This document shows positions 9,800 to 21,788 of a stretch of DNA of 64,000 nucleotides, piece by piece. The translations under genes were made by a program, and so were the position numbers. The number at the start of each line of letters is the position of its first letter. Positions within the stretch are counted from its first letter, which is position 1. Source of the stretch: Escherichia phage 235Ecol030PP; the sequence record PP355091.1. The stretch is one strand, 5' to 3'. The notes under the pieces were generated by a model. It was not told the DNA's origin, ran no database searches, and was given only the letters and a program-made list of their open reading frames with translations.

Positions 9800-10084
9800 T
9801 TACAAAAGATTTTTAGCAATAATTTTAAGCTGAGCTACTGAAATATGCTTGGCTTTAAACAAAGCAGTTTCTTCAGCAGGGGAGATAATGATTGTAGCAC
9901 CATCTTTCTTAGCGGACCATCCATCACCCAGGTAAACAGTACCTTTAACTTCTTCGCCATCAACCAGGCTAATCATCGGTTTACCTTCACGTCCTTTGTT
10001 TGCTTTAATAACTTCAGAAGTAAGGGTCGCTTCAGTCAAAGTAGAAGCGTTAGTGGTTGAAGTGAATTCTTGATAAGTTTTCAT
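9800..10084 (-). CDS. ipI: internal protein at the ipI position, CTS-bearing, divergent mature sequence
   Basis: 94 aa; N-terminus MKTYQEFTSTTNASTLTEA; sits immediately downstream of 57B as ipI does in T4. Confidence 0.6.
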   Translation of the reverse strand: MKTYQEFTSTTNASTLTEATLTSEVIKANKGREGKPMISLVDGEEVKGTVYLGDGWSAKKDGATIIISPAEETALFKAKHISVAQLKIIAKNLL

Positions 10085-10114
10085 TTTATTTTCCTAATTA
10101 ATTTTGATGAGGTA

Positions 10115-10144
10115 ATAGTATCACTACCTCATCAGCATGTAAAC
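10115..10144 (-). promoter_or_regulatory. early promoter with stem-loop (PeSL-like cassette), copy 4
   Basis: GTTTAC (fwd 10139-10144), TACTAT (fwd 10115-10120); inverted repeat TGATGAGGTA/TACCTCATCA brackets the -10. Confidence 0.5.
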
Positions 10145-10156
10145 AACTTTGTGAAA

Positions 10157-10841
<685 letters not shown>

Positions 10842-10842
<1 letters not shown>

Positions 10843-11567
10843 TATAGTACCTTTAGTGTATTTTTAATTTTAGAAAAAAGTTCTTCAAGAGAACCATCGT
10901 TTGTAATTACTAAATCGCCATCACGAATTGGCAATCCAGCTTCTGTAATATGTGTATCATTGGATTTTTGACCAGGACGAACTACATGAATTACTGTAGC
11001 ACCCATCGCCCTAGCCGCATCCATTTCATGATCTTGACGGGTATCAGGAACGATATAATAATCATAACCTGAGTTAAATTTATCAAGATAATCTAAAGCA
11101 AATAATTTTACCCAGTACATGCGGTCGAAGTTATTAACAATCAAATCCGTACCTAGGGCTTGCATCAGACGACGGACTGACCATTGATCTTCAATATTAT
11201 TTATAACGTCAATAATCTTGTTAAATGCTACGGAATTAACTGATTCTTGTCCTTCGTCATCAAAAACAAACACACCTTTAATTGGGCTTTTACCATTAAG
11301 ATAGCAAAATGCTTGTTCCATAATCGTGATTACTTCTAATTTAGTTAGATTTAAATTAGTCTCACGATCATAGTCAATTCCTTCAAACTCTTTACGAGTT
11401 AAGCAAGGATAGTCGGTATTTGCTGCAAATACTCCCCATGCATAAGCCAATGCATCCTTAATAGGACCAGCAAGTTGGTATTTAACTGCAGAATAATTGC
11501 TCATGATAAAATCAGCAGTAGTATCTTTTCCACTACGCTTTACACCGCTTAAAAAGATTAGTTTCAT
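10842..11567 (-). CDS. 1: deoxynucleoside monophosphate kinase, gene 1
   Basis: 241 aa with P-loop GVKRSGKDT. Confidence 0.9.
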
Positions 11568-11616
11568 ATGTTTCTCCTCAAATTTAGTTAAGATTATAAC
11601 ACATGAAACTGAAGCA

Positions 11617-12147
11617 TTAAACTTCCGCTATAATTTTTCCATCTTTTTCTACTTGAAAATACGTATAAGGAATCGTTGCTGTACATACTAAAGCCGGGTC
11701 TGAATCTTCTGTGTAGCTAAATTCTACTTCAGATAGGTCAGAAACCCAAGGCTTATAAAAATTTATTGACATCACGATTTCAGTTTTGCTATTATCTAAA
11801 ATGTAAAGCGTAATGTATTCAGGACCTGTTTTTTGGGCAGTATTTTCACCTGTAAGATAGTTGCTAGTTCCTAGCATCCATTCATACATTCCTATCCATG
11901 ACTTAAGTTCTTCATCAACTATAAATCTCACGATGAGTGGATCGTACTCAAATGTAGCACCTGGACGTTGTGCTCGGCCCAGTCCAAACGGCCCAGTCAC
12001 GGTATCAGTAACAGGTATTCTAATTCCTGGAATAGGAACTGACTGAGCATTTAAAGTAAAAGCAGATGTAGTATTACTATGTGGTATTGATACTACAAAG
12101 TTAGTTGTATTTGCTTGGTTAAAAATTTGTTGCAGTGCTTGCGACAT
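11617..12147 (-). CDS. 3: gp3 tail tube/sheath terminator
   Basis: 176 aa from ATG 12147 (MSQALQQ...); track ORF begins at TTG 12228; gene order 1-3-2-4. Confidence 0.8.
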   Translation of the reverse strand: MSQALQQIFNQANTTNFVVSIPHSNTTSAFTLNAQSVPIPGIRIPVTDTVTGPFGLGRAQRPGATFEYDPLIVRFIVDEELKSWIGMYEWMLGTSNYLTGENTAQKTGPEYITLYILDNSKTEIVMSINFYKPWVSDLSEVEFSYTEDSDPALVCTATIPYTYFQVEKDGKIIAEV

Positions 12148-12253
12148 ATATTCCTCATAATGCTTTATAACTGTTGGTGGTATAATGGGTCTAAGTCCCT
12201 TCCATTCAATTCCATTTAGAACAAACAACAGAAAAGAATGGAAGATAATAGAA

Positions 12254-13078
12254 TTAGATATTTGACCAGACTTTGTTTGCAGAGAAACGTTTTCCTTTTG
12301 AAACGAACTGCTGAAGTGGCATTAACACAACGTTCGCCCAGTCTTTCGGGGCGATTTCAACAAGGCTACCCATAATATTACCAGGTATATATGCCTTAAT
12401 CATTTGATCTGCACCCCTAAATCCTTTCACTTGACTCCAATCAATTTTTAATTTCGTTTTATTAGTAATAGTAGGTGTATTTGCATATTGCTTTAAAAGC
12501 TCTTCTAGGAATTGCTGACGAGCTTTAGGTGGAATATAGTGCAAGTTTAATCCGTACATTAAATTATGCTTACCTAAACCGAGGTAAATTATCAAAGGAA
12601 ATTTATCCCAGTAAGGAAGAGTTTCCTTGTGTTTAGCGTCATAAGCAAAAGCATATATTCGTCCCGGCTGCGGGCGAACAACTTTATGTCCTTTTACTTG
12701 CTTAATAGTTTCAGCAAACCACTTTCTGGTTTTATTATTAATTGCTGCGCCTTCATTACGAATTTTATCACGCAATGTTTGCCTGAATGAATTTATCATA
12801 AGCAGTTGTCTTTCTTGCTTATTGAGTTTATTCATTGGTTTTGATTCAAGCTTTTGAATCTTTTCAGCCGTTTTAATTCCTGAAGCATATTTTGACATTG
12901 CCGAAGTAAACGTGGAGTATTTAATTCCTCTTTCTTCAGCAAATTGCTTTCCTGTCATTCCTTTTGCTTTGGCCTTTTTATATTCAAGACCTATCTGAAT
13001 CCATTTCTTTTCGTTTAATGATTGCTTAACCTTTGGAACTTGGGGAGTGCTTTCATTAATTATTTGAAAAATAGCCAT
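12254..13078 (-). CDS. 2: gp2 DNA end protector
   Basis: 274 aa, length and position match T4 gp2. Confidence 0.85.
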
Positions 13079-13530
13079 TATGCCCCCTTAAAGCCAAGAG
13101 CTCGTAATCCATCTTCTGTTAGAATTCTAAATTTTATTCCACGCTTTTCAGCTAAAGCTTGCGCTGCTTTCCATTTGTCGGTATTAACAGAATATGTATA
13201 AATTTCATTCATAAATCTTTTCTTCGCTGCGGTTGTTAGATGTGCTGGTTTAACCGGTGGTTGTGTTTCTTTTTTAGGTTTTATTTCAATAAAAAATTCT
13301 TGTCCAGAAGAATCTTTCATCCAAATATCCATGAAGTATCTACGTTTTTTCCCTTCTGCATTACAAAAATAAGGAATTACTGCTGTTTCACTACCCCATG
13401 CAATAATTTCTGGATTTTTATCTAACCATTCAAAAAAGAATTTTTCCCAATTTGATCTATACGTAATTTTTTTAGGGTCACCTCTATACTTTGATATATT
13501 TTTAGGAACCCATTTTCCAGAATATGCCAT
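13078..13530 (-). CDS. 4: gp4 head completion protein
   Basis: 150 aa, position match. Confidence 0.85.
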
Positions 13531-13541
13531 TGGATTCTCCT

Positions 13542-13564
13542 TATAAATAGATAATATATTTATA
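13542..13564. promoter_or_regulatory. divergent late promoters TATAAATA for gene 53 (+) and gene 4 (-)
   Basis: TATAAATA at 13542-13549 on plus; TATTTATA at 13557-13564 is the minus-strand copy. Confidence 0.6.
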
Positions 13565-13577
13565 AACAGGAGGGCCC

Positions 13578-14168
13578 ATGCTCTTTACATTTTTTGATCC
13601 GATTGAATATGCGGCCAAAACGGTGAATAAAAACGCGCCGACTATTCCTATGACAGATATTTTTAGAAACTATAAAGACTATTTTAAACGCGCTCTTGCG
13701 GGATACCGCTTACGTACTTATTATATCAAAGGTTCACCACGCCCGGAAGAATTAGCAAATACTATATATGGAAATCCACAGTTGTATTGGGTTTTATTGA
13801 TGTGTAATGATAATTATGACCCGTATTATGGATGGATTACTTCACAAGAAGCAGCTTATCAAGCATCTATACAAAAATACAAAAATGTAGGTGGAGACCA
13901 AATAGTATATCATGTGAATGAGAACGGTGAAAAATTTTATAATTTAATATCATACGATGATAATCCATATGTTTGGTATGATAAAGGTGATAAAGCTAGA
14001 AAATATCCTCAATATGAAGGAGCACTTGCTGCTGTTAATACGTATGAAGATGCTGTTCTTGAAAATGAAAAACTTCGTCAAATAAAAATAATAGCAAAAT
14101 CAGACATTAATTCATTTATGAACGACCTTATACGTATAATGGAGAAATCTTATGGAAATGATAAGTAA
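13578..14168 (+). CDS. 53: gp53 baseplate wedge
   Basis: 196 aa, length and position match. Confidence 0.9.
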   Translation: MLFTFFDPIEYAAKTVNKNAPTIPMTDIFRNYKDYFKRALAGYRLRTYYIKGSPRPEELANTIYGNPQLYWVLLMCNDNYDPYYGWITSQEAAYQASIQKYKNVGGDQIVYHVNENGEKFYNLISYDDNPYVWYDKGDKARKYPQYEGALAAVNTYEDAVLENEKLRQIKIIAKSDINSFMNDLIRIMEKSYGNDK

Positions 14169-15879
14169 TAACCTTAATTGGTTTGTTGGTGTTGTTGAAG
14201 ATAGAATGGACCCATTAAAATTAGGTCGTGTTCGTGTTCGTGTGGTTGGTCTGCATCCACCTCAAAGAGCACAAGGCGATGTAATGGGTATTCCAACTGA
14301 AAAATTACCATGGATGTCAGTTATTCAACCTATAACTTCTGCAGCAATGTCTGGAATTGGAGGTTCTGTTACTGGACCGGTAGAAGGAACTAGAGTTTAT
14401 GGTCATTTTTTAGACAAATGGAAAACTAACGGAATTGTCCTTGGCACGTATGGTGGAATAGTTCGCGAAAAACCGAATAGACTTGAAGGATTTTCTGACC
14501 CAACTGGGCAATATCCTAGACGTTTAGGAAATGATACTAATGTATTAAACCAAGGCGGAGAAGTAGGATATGATTCGTCTTCTAACATTATCCAAGATAG
14601 TAACTTAGACACTGCAATAAATCCCGATGATAGACCACTATCAGAGATTCCAACCGATGATAATCCAAATATGTCAATGGCTGACATGCTTCGCCGTGAT
14701 GAAGGATTAAGACTAAAAGTTTATTGGGATACTGAAGGATATCCGACAATTGGTATTGGTCATCTTATCATGAAGCAGCCAGTTCGTGATATGGCTCAAA
14801 TTAATAAAGTTTTATCAAAACAAGTTGGTCGTGAAATTACTGGAAACCCAGGTTCTATTACGATGGAAGAGGCGACGACTTTATTTGAACGTGATTTGGC
14901 TGATATGCAACGGGACATTAAATCACATTCTAAAGTAGGACCAGTCTGGCAAGCTGTCAACCGTTCTCGTCAAATGGCGTTAGAAAATATGGCATTTCAA
15001 ATGGGTGTTGGCGGTGTAGCTAAATTTAACACAATGTTAACTGCTATGTTAGCCGGAGATTGGGAAAAAGCATATAAAGCCGGTCGTGATTCATTGTGGT
15101 ATCAACAAACAAAAGGCCGTGCATCCCGTGTTACCATGATTATTCTTACGGGGAATTTGGAATCATATGGTGTTGAAGTGAAAACCCCAGCTAGGTCTCT
15201 ATCAGCAATGGCTGCTACTGTAGCTAAATCTTCTGACCCGGCTGACCCTCCTATTCCAAATGACTCGAGAATTTTATTCAAAGAACCAGTTTCTTCATAT
15301 AAAGGTGAATATCCTTATGTGCATACAATGGAAACTGAAAGCGGACATATTCAGGAATTTGATGATACTCCTGGGCAAGAACGATACAGATTAGTTCATC
15401 CGACTGGAACTTATGAAGAAGTATCACCGTCAGGAAGAAGAACAAGAAAAACTGTCGATAATTTGTATGATATAACCAACGCTGATGGTAATTTTTTGGT
15501 AGCCGGTGATAAAAAGACTAACGTCGGTGGATCAGAAATTTATTACAACATGGATAATCGTCTTCACCAAATAGATGGAAGCAATACAATATTTGTACGT
15601 GGCGATGAAACTAAGACAGTTGAAGGCAATGGAACTATCCTAGTTAAAGGTAATGTTACTATTGTAGTTGAAGGTAATGCTGACATTACAGTTAAAGGAG
15701 ATGCTACCACTTTAGTTGAAGGAAATCAAACTAACACAGTAAATGGAAATCTTTCTTGGAAAGTTGCTGGGACAGTTGATTGGGACGTTGGTGGTGATTG
15801 GACAGAAAAAATGGCATCTATGAGTTCTATTTCATCTGGTCAATACACAATTGATGGATCGAGGATTGACATTGGCTAA
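14152..15879 (+). CDS. 5: gp5 baseplate hub with tail lysozyme domain
   Basis: 575 aa MEMISNNLNWFVGVVED...; internal lysozyme motif DEGLRLKVYWDTEGYPTIGIGHL; C-terminal VxGxxxxx beta-helix repeats. Confidence 0.97.
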   Translation: MEMISNNLNWFVGVVEDRMDPLKLGRVRVRVVGLHPPQRAQGDVMGIPTEKLPWMSVIQPITSAAMSGIGGSVTGPVEGTRVYGHFLDKWKTNGIVLGTYGGIVREKPNRLEGFSDPTGQYPRRLGNDTNVLNQGGEVGYDSSSNIIQDSNLDTAINPDDRPLSEIPTDDNPNMSMADMLRRDEGLRLKVYWDTEGYPTIGIGHLIMKQPVRDMAQINKVLSKQVGREITGNPGSITMEEATTLFERDLADMQRDIKSHSKVGPVWQAVNRSRQMALENMAFQMGVGGVAKFNTMLTAMLAGDWEKAYKAGRDSLWYQQTKGRASRVTMIILTGNLESYGVEVKTPARSLSAMAATVAKSSDPADPPIPNDSRILFKEPVSSYKGEYPYVHTMETESGHIQEFDDTPGQERYRLVHPTGTYEEVSPSGRRTRKTVDNLYDITNADGNFLVAGDKKTNVGGSEIYYNMDNRLHQIDGSNTIFVRGDETKTVEGNGTILVKGNVTIVVEGNADITVKGDATTLVEGNQTNTVNGNLSWKVAGTVDWDVGGDWTEKMASMSSISSGQYTIDGSRIDIG

Positions 15880-15913
15880 TATACTTCCAATGAGCGCTGA
15901 TTTAGGAGAATCC

Positions 15914-16408
15914 ATGGAAGGTTCTTCTATCGACGTCACCTTTACCGCTCAATTAGAAACAGGTGAAACGTTAGTATCTATAAATATAACTAGTTACGAA
16001 GAAACTCCTGGGGTTTTAGTAGAAGAAAATCGCTTATACGGAACATATGAATCTGTGTTTGGATTTGGAAATGACGCGTTGAAATATCGTTTAGGCGATG
16101 AATTTAAAACTGCTGCTTCATGGGAAGAACTTCCTACTGATTCTGATACTCAGTTGTATTTATGGAAAGCTCCTCAAAACCTCCAGAAGACATTCACTTA
16201 CGAAGTAACATTAATATATGACTACCAAGAACAAAGTGAATCTGGAGGTTCTGGCAGTAATTCTAGGTCATCTTCTGATACTACTGAACCGACAGATCCT
16301 CCTGCTCCAGTAAGAAAAACTCTCGTTAAAAATTATACTAAAACTATAGTTGGAAATTGGAGTCGTTGGGCTAATAAATTAAGAAGCTATGTGTATGAGA
16401 GGTCATAG
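15914..16408 (+). CDS. 5.1: gp5.1-like hypothetical protein
   Basis: ATG 15914 with AGGAG RBS; track ORF starts at TTG 15851. Confidence 0.6.
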
Positions 16409-16702
16409 ATGTCAGGATTAAGTTATGATAAATGTGTTACTGCTGGTCATGAAGCATGGCCTCCAACAGTTGTGAATGCTACACAAAGTAAAGTATTCAC
16501 TGGAGGAATTGCTGTTCTCGTAGCAGGTGATCCAATTACAGAACATACAGAAATTAAAAAGCCATATGAAACACATGGCGGAGTGACACAACCCAGAACT
16601 TCTAAGGTATATGTCACTGGAAAGAAAGCTGTTCAAATGGCTGATCCAATATCATGCGGTGATACTGTGGCTCAGGCATCATCTAAAGTATTCATTAAAT
16701 AG
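16409..16702 (+). CDS. 5.4: gp5.4 PAAR-repeat spike-tip protein
   Basis: 97 aa, length and position match T4 gp5.4. Confidence 0.85.
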
Positions 16703-16710
16703 GATTTAAA

Positions 16711-18693
16711 ATGGCAAATACCCCTGTAAATTATCAATTAACAAGAACAGCAAATGCTATTCCCGAGATATTCGTCGGGGGTACGTTTGCTGAAATAAAA
16801 CAAAACCTCATTGAATGGCTTAATGGCCAAAATGAATTTTTGGATTATGATTTTGAAGGCTCAAGATTAAACGTTCTGTGTGACCTTTTAGCTTATAATA
16901 CATTGTACATTCAACAGTTTGGTAATGCTGCTGTGTATGAAAGCTTTATGCGTACTGCTAACTTACGAAGTTCAGTTGTTCAAGCTGCACAAGATAACGG
17001 ATATTTACCTACTTCAAAATCCGCTGCGCAGACCGAAATTATGTTAACATGCACCGACGCATTGAATAGGAATTACATTACTATTCCTCGCGGAACTCGC
17101 TTTTTAGCATATGCAAAAGATACTTCTGTTAATCCATATAACTTCGTTTCTACCGAAGACGTTATTGCTATTCGTGATAAAAATAACCAATATTTTCCGC
17201 GTTTAAAATTGGCCCAGGGACGTATAGTAAGAACTGAAATCATTTATGATAAATTAACACCTATTATCATTTATGATAAAAATATTGATAGAAACCAGGT
17301 TAAATTATACGTTGATGGAGCAGAATGGATTAACTGGACAAGAAAGTCAATGGTTCATGCTGGTTCTACATCGACAATTTACTACATGCGTGAAACTATT
17401 GATGGAAATACTGAATTCTATTTTGGTGAAGGTGAAATTTCTGTTAATGCTTCTGAAGGAGCTTTGACCGCTAATTATATCGGAGGTCTTAAACCTACTC
17501 AGAACTCTACGATTGTTATTGAGTACATCAGTACTAATGGTGCTGACGCGAACGGAGCAGTCGGATTTTCATACGCAGATACATTAACAAATATAACTGT
17601 CATCAATATTAATGAAAATCCAAACGATGACCCAGATTTTGTTGGGGCAGATGGCGGCGGTGATCCAGAAGATATTGAGCGTATCCGCGAATTGGGTACT
17701 ATTAAACGCGAAACCCAGCAACGCTGCGTAACTGCGACTGACTATGATACATTCGTTTCAGAGAGATTTGGTTCTATTATTCAGGCAGTTCAGACTTTCA
17801 CTGATTCTACTAAACCTGGGTATGCATTTATTGCTGCTAAACCTAAATCAGGTCTGTATTTAACTACTGTACAGCGTGAAGATATTAAAAATTATCTCAA
17901 AGACTATAATTTAGCTCCTATTACGCCATCAATTATTTCTCCTAATTATCTTTTTATTAAGACTAATTTAAAAGTCACATATGCTTTAAATAAACTACAA
18001 GAATCCGAGCAGTGGCTTGAAGGTCAAATAATTGATAAAATTGATCGCTATTATACCGAAGATGTAGAAATTTTTAACTCGTCTTTCGCTAAATCTAAGA
18101 TGTTAACTTATGTAGATGATGCAGATCATTCTGTCATTGGTTCATCAGCGACTATTCAAATGGTTCGTGAAGTACAAAACTTCTATAAAACACCTGAAGC
18201 AGGTATTAAATACAATAATCAAATAAAAGATCGTTCTATGGAATCTAATACGTTTTCATTTAATTCTGGACGAAAGGTTGTAAATCCTGATACTGGTTTA
18301 GAAGAAGATGTATTATATGATGTTCGTATAGTATCAACAGACCGAGATTCTAAAGGAATTGGTAAAGTTATTATTGGTCCATTTGCTTCTGGCGATGTTA
18401 CAGAAAATGAAAACATTCAGCCATATACAGGCAATGATTTTAATAAATTAGCAAATTCTGATGGACGCGACAAATACTATGTTATCGGTGAAATAAATTA
18501 TCCGGCTGACATGATTTATTGGAATATCGCTAAAATTAATTTAACATCTGAAAAATTTGAGGTTCAGACTATTGAATTATATTCTGACCCAACCGATGAT
18601 GTTATCTTTACCCGTGATGGTTCACTGATTGTATTTGAAAATGATTTACGTCCGCAATACTTAACTATCGATTTGGAGCCTATATCACAATGA
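16711..18693 (+). CDS. 6: gp6 baseplate wedge
   Basis: 660 aa, position match. Confidence 0.93.
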   Translation: MANTPVNYQLTRTANAIPEIFVGGTFAEIKQNLIEWLNGQNEFLDYDFEGSRLNVLCDLLAYNTLYIQQFGNAAVYESFMRTANLRSSVVQAAQDNGYLPTSKSAAQTEIMLTCTDALNRNYITIPRGTRFLAYAKDTSVNPYNFVSTEDVIAIRDKNNQYFPRLKLAQGRIVRTEIIYDKLTPIIIYDKNIDRNQVKLYVDGAEWINWTRKSMVHAGSTSTIYYMRETIDGNTEFYFGEGEISVNASEGALTANYIGGLKPTQNSTIVIEYISTNGADANGAVGFSYADTLTNITVININENPNDDPDFVGADGGGDPEDIERIRELGTIKRETQQRCVTATDYDTFVSERFGSIIQAVQTFTDSTKPGYAFIAAKPKSGLYLTTVQREDIKNYLKDYNLAPITPSIISPNYLFIKTNLKVTYALNKLQESEQWLEGQIIDKIDRYYTEDVEIFNSSFAKSKMLTYVDDADHSVIGSSATIQMVREVQNFYKTPEAGIKYNNQIKDRSMESNTFSFNSGRKVVNPDTGLEEDVLYDVRIVSTDRDSKGIGKVIIGPFASGDVTENENIQPYTGNDFNKLANSDGRDKYYVIGEINYPADMIYWNIAKINLTSEKFEVQTIELYSDPTDDVIFTRDGSLIVFENDLRPQYLTIDLEPISQ

Positions 18694-21600
18694 CAGTAAA
18701 AGCACCTTCAGTCACTAGTCTCAGAATTTCCAAGTTATCCGCAAATCAGGTGCAAGTACGCTGGGATGACGTTGGTGCTAATTTCTACTATTTTGTAGAA
18801 ATCGCTGAGACAAAAACGAACTCGGGGGAAAATCTCCCGAGTAATCAATACAGATGGATTAACTTAGGATATACTGCAAATAACAGCTTCTTTTTTGATG
18901 ATGCTGACCCATTGACATCATACATTATCAGAGTAGCTACAGCTGCGCAAGATTTTGAGCAGTCTGATTGGATTTATACCGAAGAGTTTGAAACTTTTGC
19001 TACAAATGCTTATACATTTCAAAACATGATTGAAATGCAATTAGCCAATAAATTCATTCAGGAAAAATTTACTCTTAATAATTCTGATTATGTTAATTTT
19101 AACAATGACACTATAATGGCTGCATTGATGAATGAATCATTTCAATTCAGCCCATCGTATGTTGATGTTTCATCAATAAGTAATTTTATTATTGGTGAAA
19201 ATGAGTATCATGAAATACAAGGTTCCATTCAGCAAGTATGTAAGGATATTAACCGAGTTTATTTGATGGAATCAGAAGGGATTCTATATCTTTTTGAGCG
19301 CTATCAACCCGTAGTTAAAGTATCTAATGATAAAGGACAAACCTGGAAAGCTGTGAAGCTCTTCAATGACCGTGTAGGATATCCTTTATCTAAGACAGTA
19401 TATTACCAATCTGCGAACACAACATACGTTCTAGGATACGACAAGATCTTCTATGGCCGTAAATCAACTGATGTTAGATGGTCAGCTGATGATGTCAGAT
19501 TTAGTTCACAGGATATAACATTTGCTAAACTTGGCGACCAATTACATCTAGGATTTGATGTAGAAATTTTTGCCACTTACGCGACTTTGCCAGCGAATGT
19601 ATACCGCATTGCAGAAGCTATTACTTGCACCGATGATTACATTTACGTTGTCGCCAGAGACAAAGTTAGATACATAAAAACGAGTAATGCACCTATAGAT
19701 TCTGATCCATTATCTCCAACATATTCGGAAAGACTTTTTGAACCTGATACCATGACTATAACCGGAAATCCTAAAGCAGTATGCTATAAAATGGATTCTA
19801 TCGGTGATAAAGTTTTTGCTCTTATTATCGGTGAAGTTGAAACATTAAATGCTAATCCTAGAACATCAAAAATAATTGATTCTGCTGATAAAGGAATATA
19901 TGTTTTAAATCACGACACAAAAACATGGAAAAGAGTTTTTGGCAACACTGAAGAAGAAAGAAGACGTATTCAACCGGGGTATGCGAATATGTCAACTGAT
20001 GGTAAATTAGTTTCTCTATCATCGAGTAATTTTAAATTTTTAAGTGATAATGTTGTTAATGACCCTGAAACTGCAGCAAAATATCAGTTAATCGGTGCTG
20101 TTAAATACGAATTTCCTCGTGAATGGTTAGCTGATAAGCATTATCATATGATGGCATTTATAGCAGATGAAAAGTCTGATTGGGAAACTTTTACTCCTCA
20201 GCCGATGAAATACTACGCAGAACCGTTCTTTAACTGGTCTAAAAAATCTAACACACGTTGTTGGATAAACAACTCCGATAGGGTTGTAGTAGTTTATGCT
20301 GATTTAAAATACACCAAAGTTATAGAAAATATTCCGGAAACATCACCAGATAGATTAGTTCATGAATATTGGGATGATGGTGATTGTACTATAGTAATGC
20401 CAAATGTTAAATTCACGGGATTTAAAAAATATGCGTCTGGGATGCTTTTTTATAAATCTTCTGGTGAAATAATTTCTTACTATGATTTTAACTATCGTGT
20501 GAGAGATACAGTAGAAATTATTTGGAAGCCGACTGGAGTATTTTTAAAAGCATTTTTACAAAACCAAGAGCATGAGACTCCTTGGTCACCAGAAGAAGAG
20601 CATGGATTAGCTGATCCTGATTTAAGACCATTAATTGGCACAATGATGCCTGATTCTTATTTGTTGCAGGATTCGAATTTTGAGGCATTTTGCGAAGCAT
20701 ATATTCAGTATCTTTCTGATGGATATGGAACTCAGTATAACAATTTACGAAATTTAATTCGTAACCAATATCCACGAGAAGAGCATGCGTGGGAATATTT
20801 GTGGTCAGAGATATATAAAAGAAACATTTATTTAAATGCTGATAAACGTGATGCTGTTGCGAGATTCTTTGAATCACGTAGCTATGATTTTTATTCTACT
20901 AAAGGAATTGAAGCATCATACAAGTTTCTTTTTAAAGTTCTTTATAATGAAGAAGTTGAAATTGAAATTGAATCTGGGGCCGGTACTGAATATGACATAA
21001 TCGTTCAATCTGATTCTTTGACTGAAGATTTAGTAGGACAAACGATTTATACGGCAACAGGAAGATGTAATGTTACTTATATAGAAAGAAGTTATTCTAA
21101 TGGTAAATTGCAATGGACCGTAACTATTCATAATCTTTTGGGAAGATTAATTGCTGGTCAAGAAGTTAAAGCAGAAAGACTCCCTAGTTTTGAAGGCGAA
21201 ATTATTCGTGGAGTTAAAGGAAAGGATTTGCTTCAAAACAATATAGACTATATTAATAGAAGTAGATCATACTATGTAATGAAAATTAAATCCAATTTAC
21301 CTTCTTCTCGTTGGAAATCTGACGTTATTCGTTTTGTTCATCCAGTAGGATTTGGATTTATAGCAATCACGCTTTTAACTATGTTTATTAATGTCGGTTT
21401 AACTCTTAAACACACAGAGACAATAATTAATAAATATAAAAACTACAAATGGGATTCTGGATTGCCTACTGAATATGCTGATAGAGTAGCTAAATTAACT
21501 CCAACCGGTGAAATTGAGCATGATTCAGTAACAGGCGAAGCAATTTATGAGCCTGGCCCAATGGCTGGTGTAGAATATCCTCTTCCTGATGACTATAATG

Positions 21601-21788
21601 CTGAAAATAATAATTCAATATTTCAAGGTCAATTGCCGTCTGAACGACGTAAATTAATGAGTCCTTTATTTGATGCATCTGGAACAACATTTGCGCAATT
21701 TAGAGATTTAGTTAATAAACGTCTAAAAGATAATATAGGAAATCCAAGAGACCCTGAAAATCCAACACAGGTTAAAATAGATGAATGA
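18690..21788 (+). CDS. 7: gp7 baseplate wedge
   Basis: 1032 aa, position match. Confidence 0.93.
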   Translation: MTVKAPSVTSLRISKLSANQVQVRWDDVGANFYYFVEIAETKTNSGENLPSNQYRWINLGYTANNSFFFDDADPLTSYIIRVATAAQDFEQSDWIYTEEFETFATNAYTFQNMIEMQLANKFIQEKFTLNNSDYVNFNNDTIMAALMNESFQFSPSYVDVSSISNFIIGENEYHEIQGSIQQVCKDINRVYLMESEGILYLFERYQPVVKVSNDKGQTWKAVKLFNDRVGYPLSKTVYYQSANTTYVLGYDKIFYGRKSTDVRWSADDVRFSSQDITFAKLGDQLHLGFDVEIFATYATLPANVYRIAEAITCTDDYIYVVARDKVRYIKTSNAPIDSDPLSPTYSERLFEPDTMTITGNPKAVCYKMDSIGDKVFALIIGEVETLNANPRTSKIIDSADKGIYVLNHDTKTWKRVFGNTEEERRRIQPGYANMSTDGKLVSLSSSNFKFLSDNVVNDPETAAKYQLIGAVKYEFPREWLADKHYHMMAFIADEKSDWETFTPQPMKYYAEPFFNWSKKSNTRCWINNSDRVVVVYADLKYTKVIENIPETSPDRLVHEYWDDGDCTIVMPNVKFTGFKKYASGMLFYKSSGEIISYYDFNYRVRDTVEIIWKPTGVFLKAFLQNQEHETPWSPEEEHGLADPDLRPLIGTMMPDSYLLQDSNFEAFCEAYIQYLSDGYGTQYNNLRNLIRNQYPREEHAWEYLWSEIYKRNIYLNADKRDAVARFFESRSYDFYSTKGIEASYKFLFKVLYNEEVEIEIESGAGTEYDIIVQSDSLTEDLVGQTIYTATGRCNVTYIERSYSNGKLQWTVTIHNLLGRLIAGQEVKAERLPSFEGEIIRGVKGKDLLQNNIDYINRSRSYYVMKIKSNLPSSRWKSDVIRFVHPVGFGFIAITLLTMFINVGLTLKHTETIINKYKNYKWDSGLPTEYADRVAKLTPTGEIEHDSVTGEAIYEPGPMAGVEYPLPDDYNAENNNSIFQGQLPSERRKLMSPLFDASGTTFAQFRDLVNKRLKDNIGNPRDPENPTQVKIDE

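Noticed and set aside
14690-15130. Possible repeat of the lysozyme gene
   Set aside because: This is the known lysozyme domain of gp5, paralogous to gene e at protein level; not a mobile or repeated DNA element.
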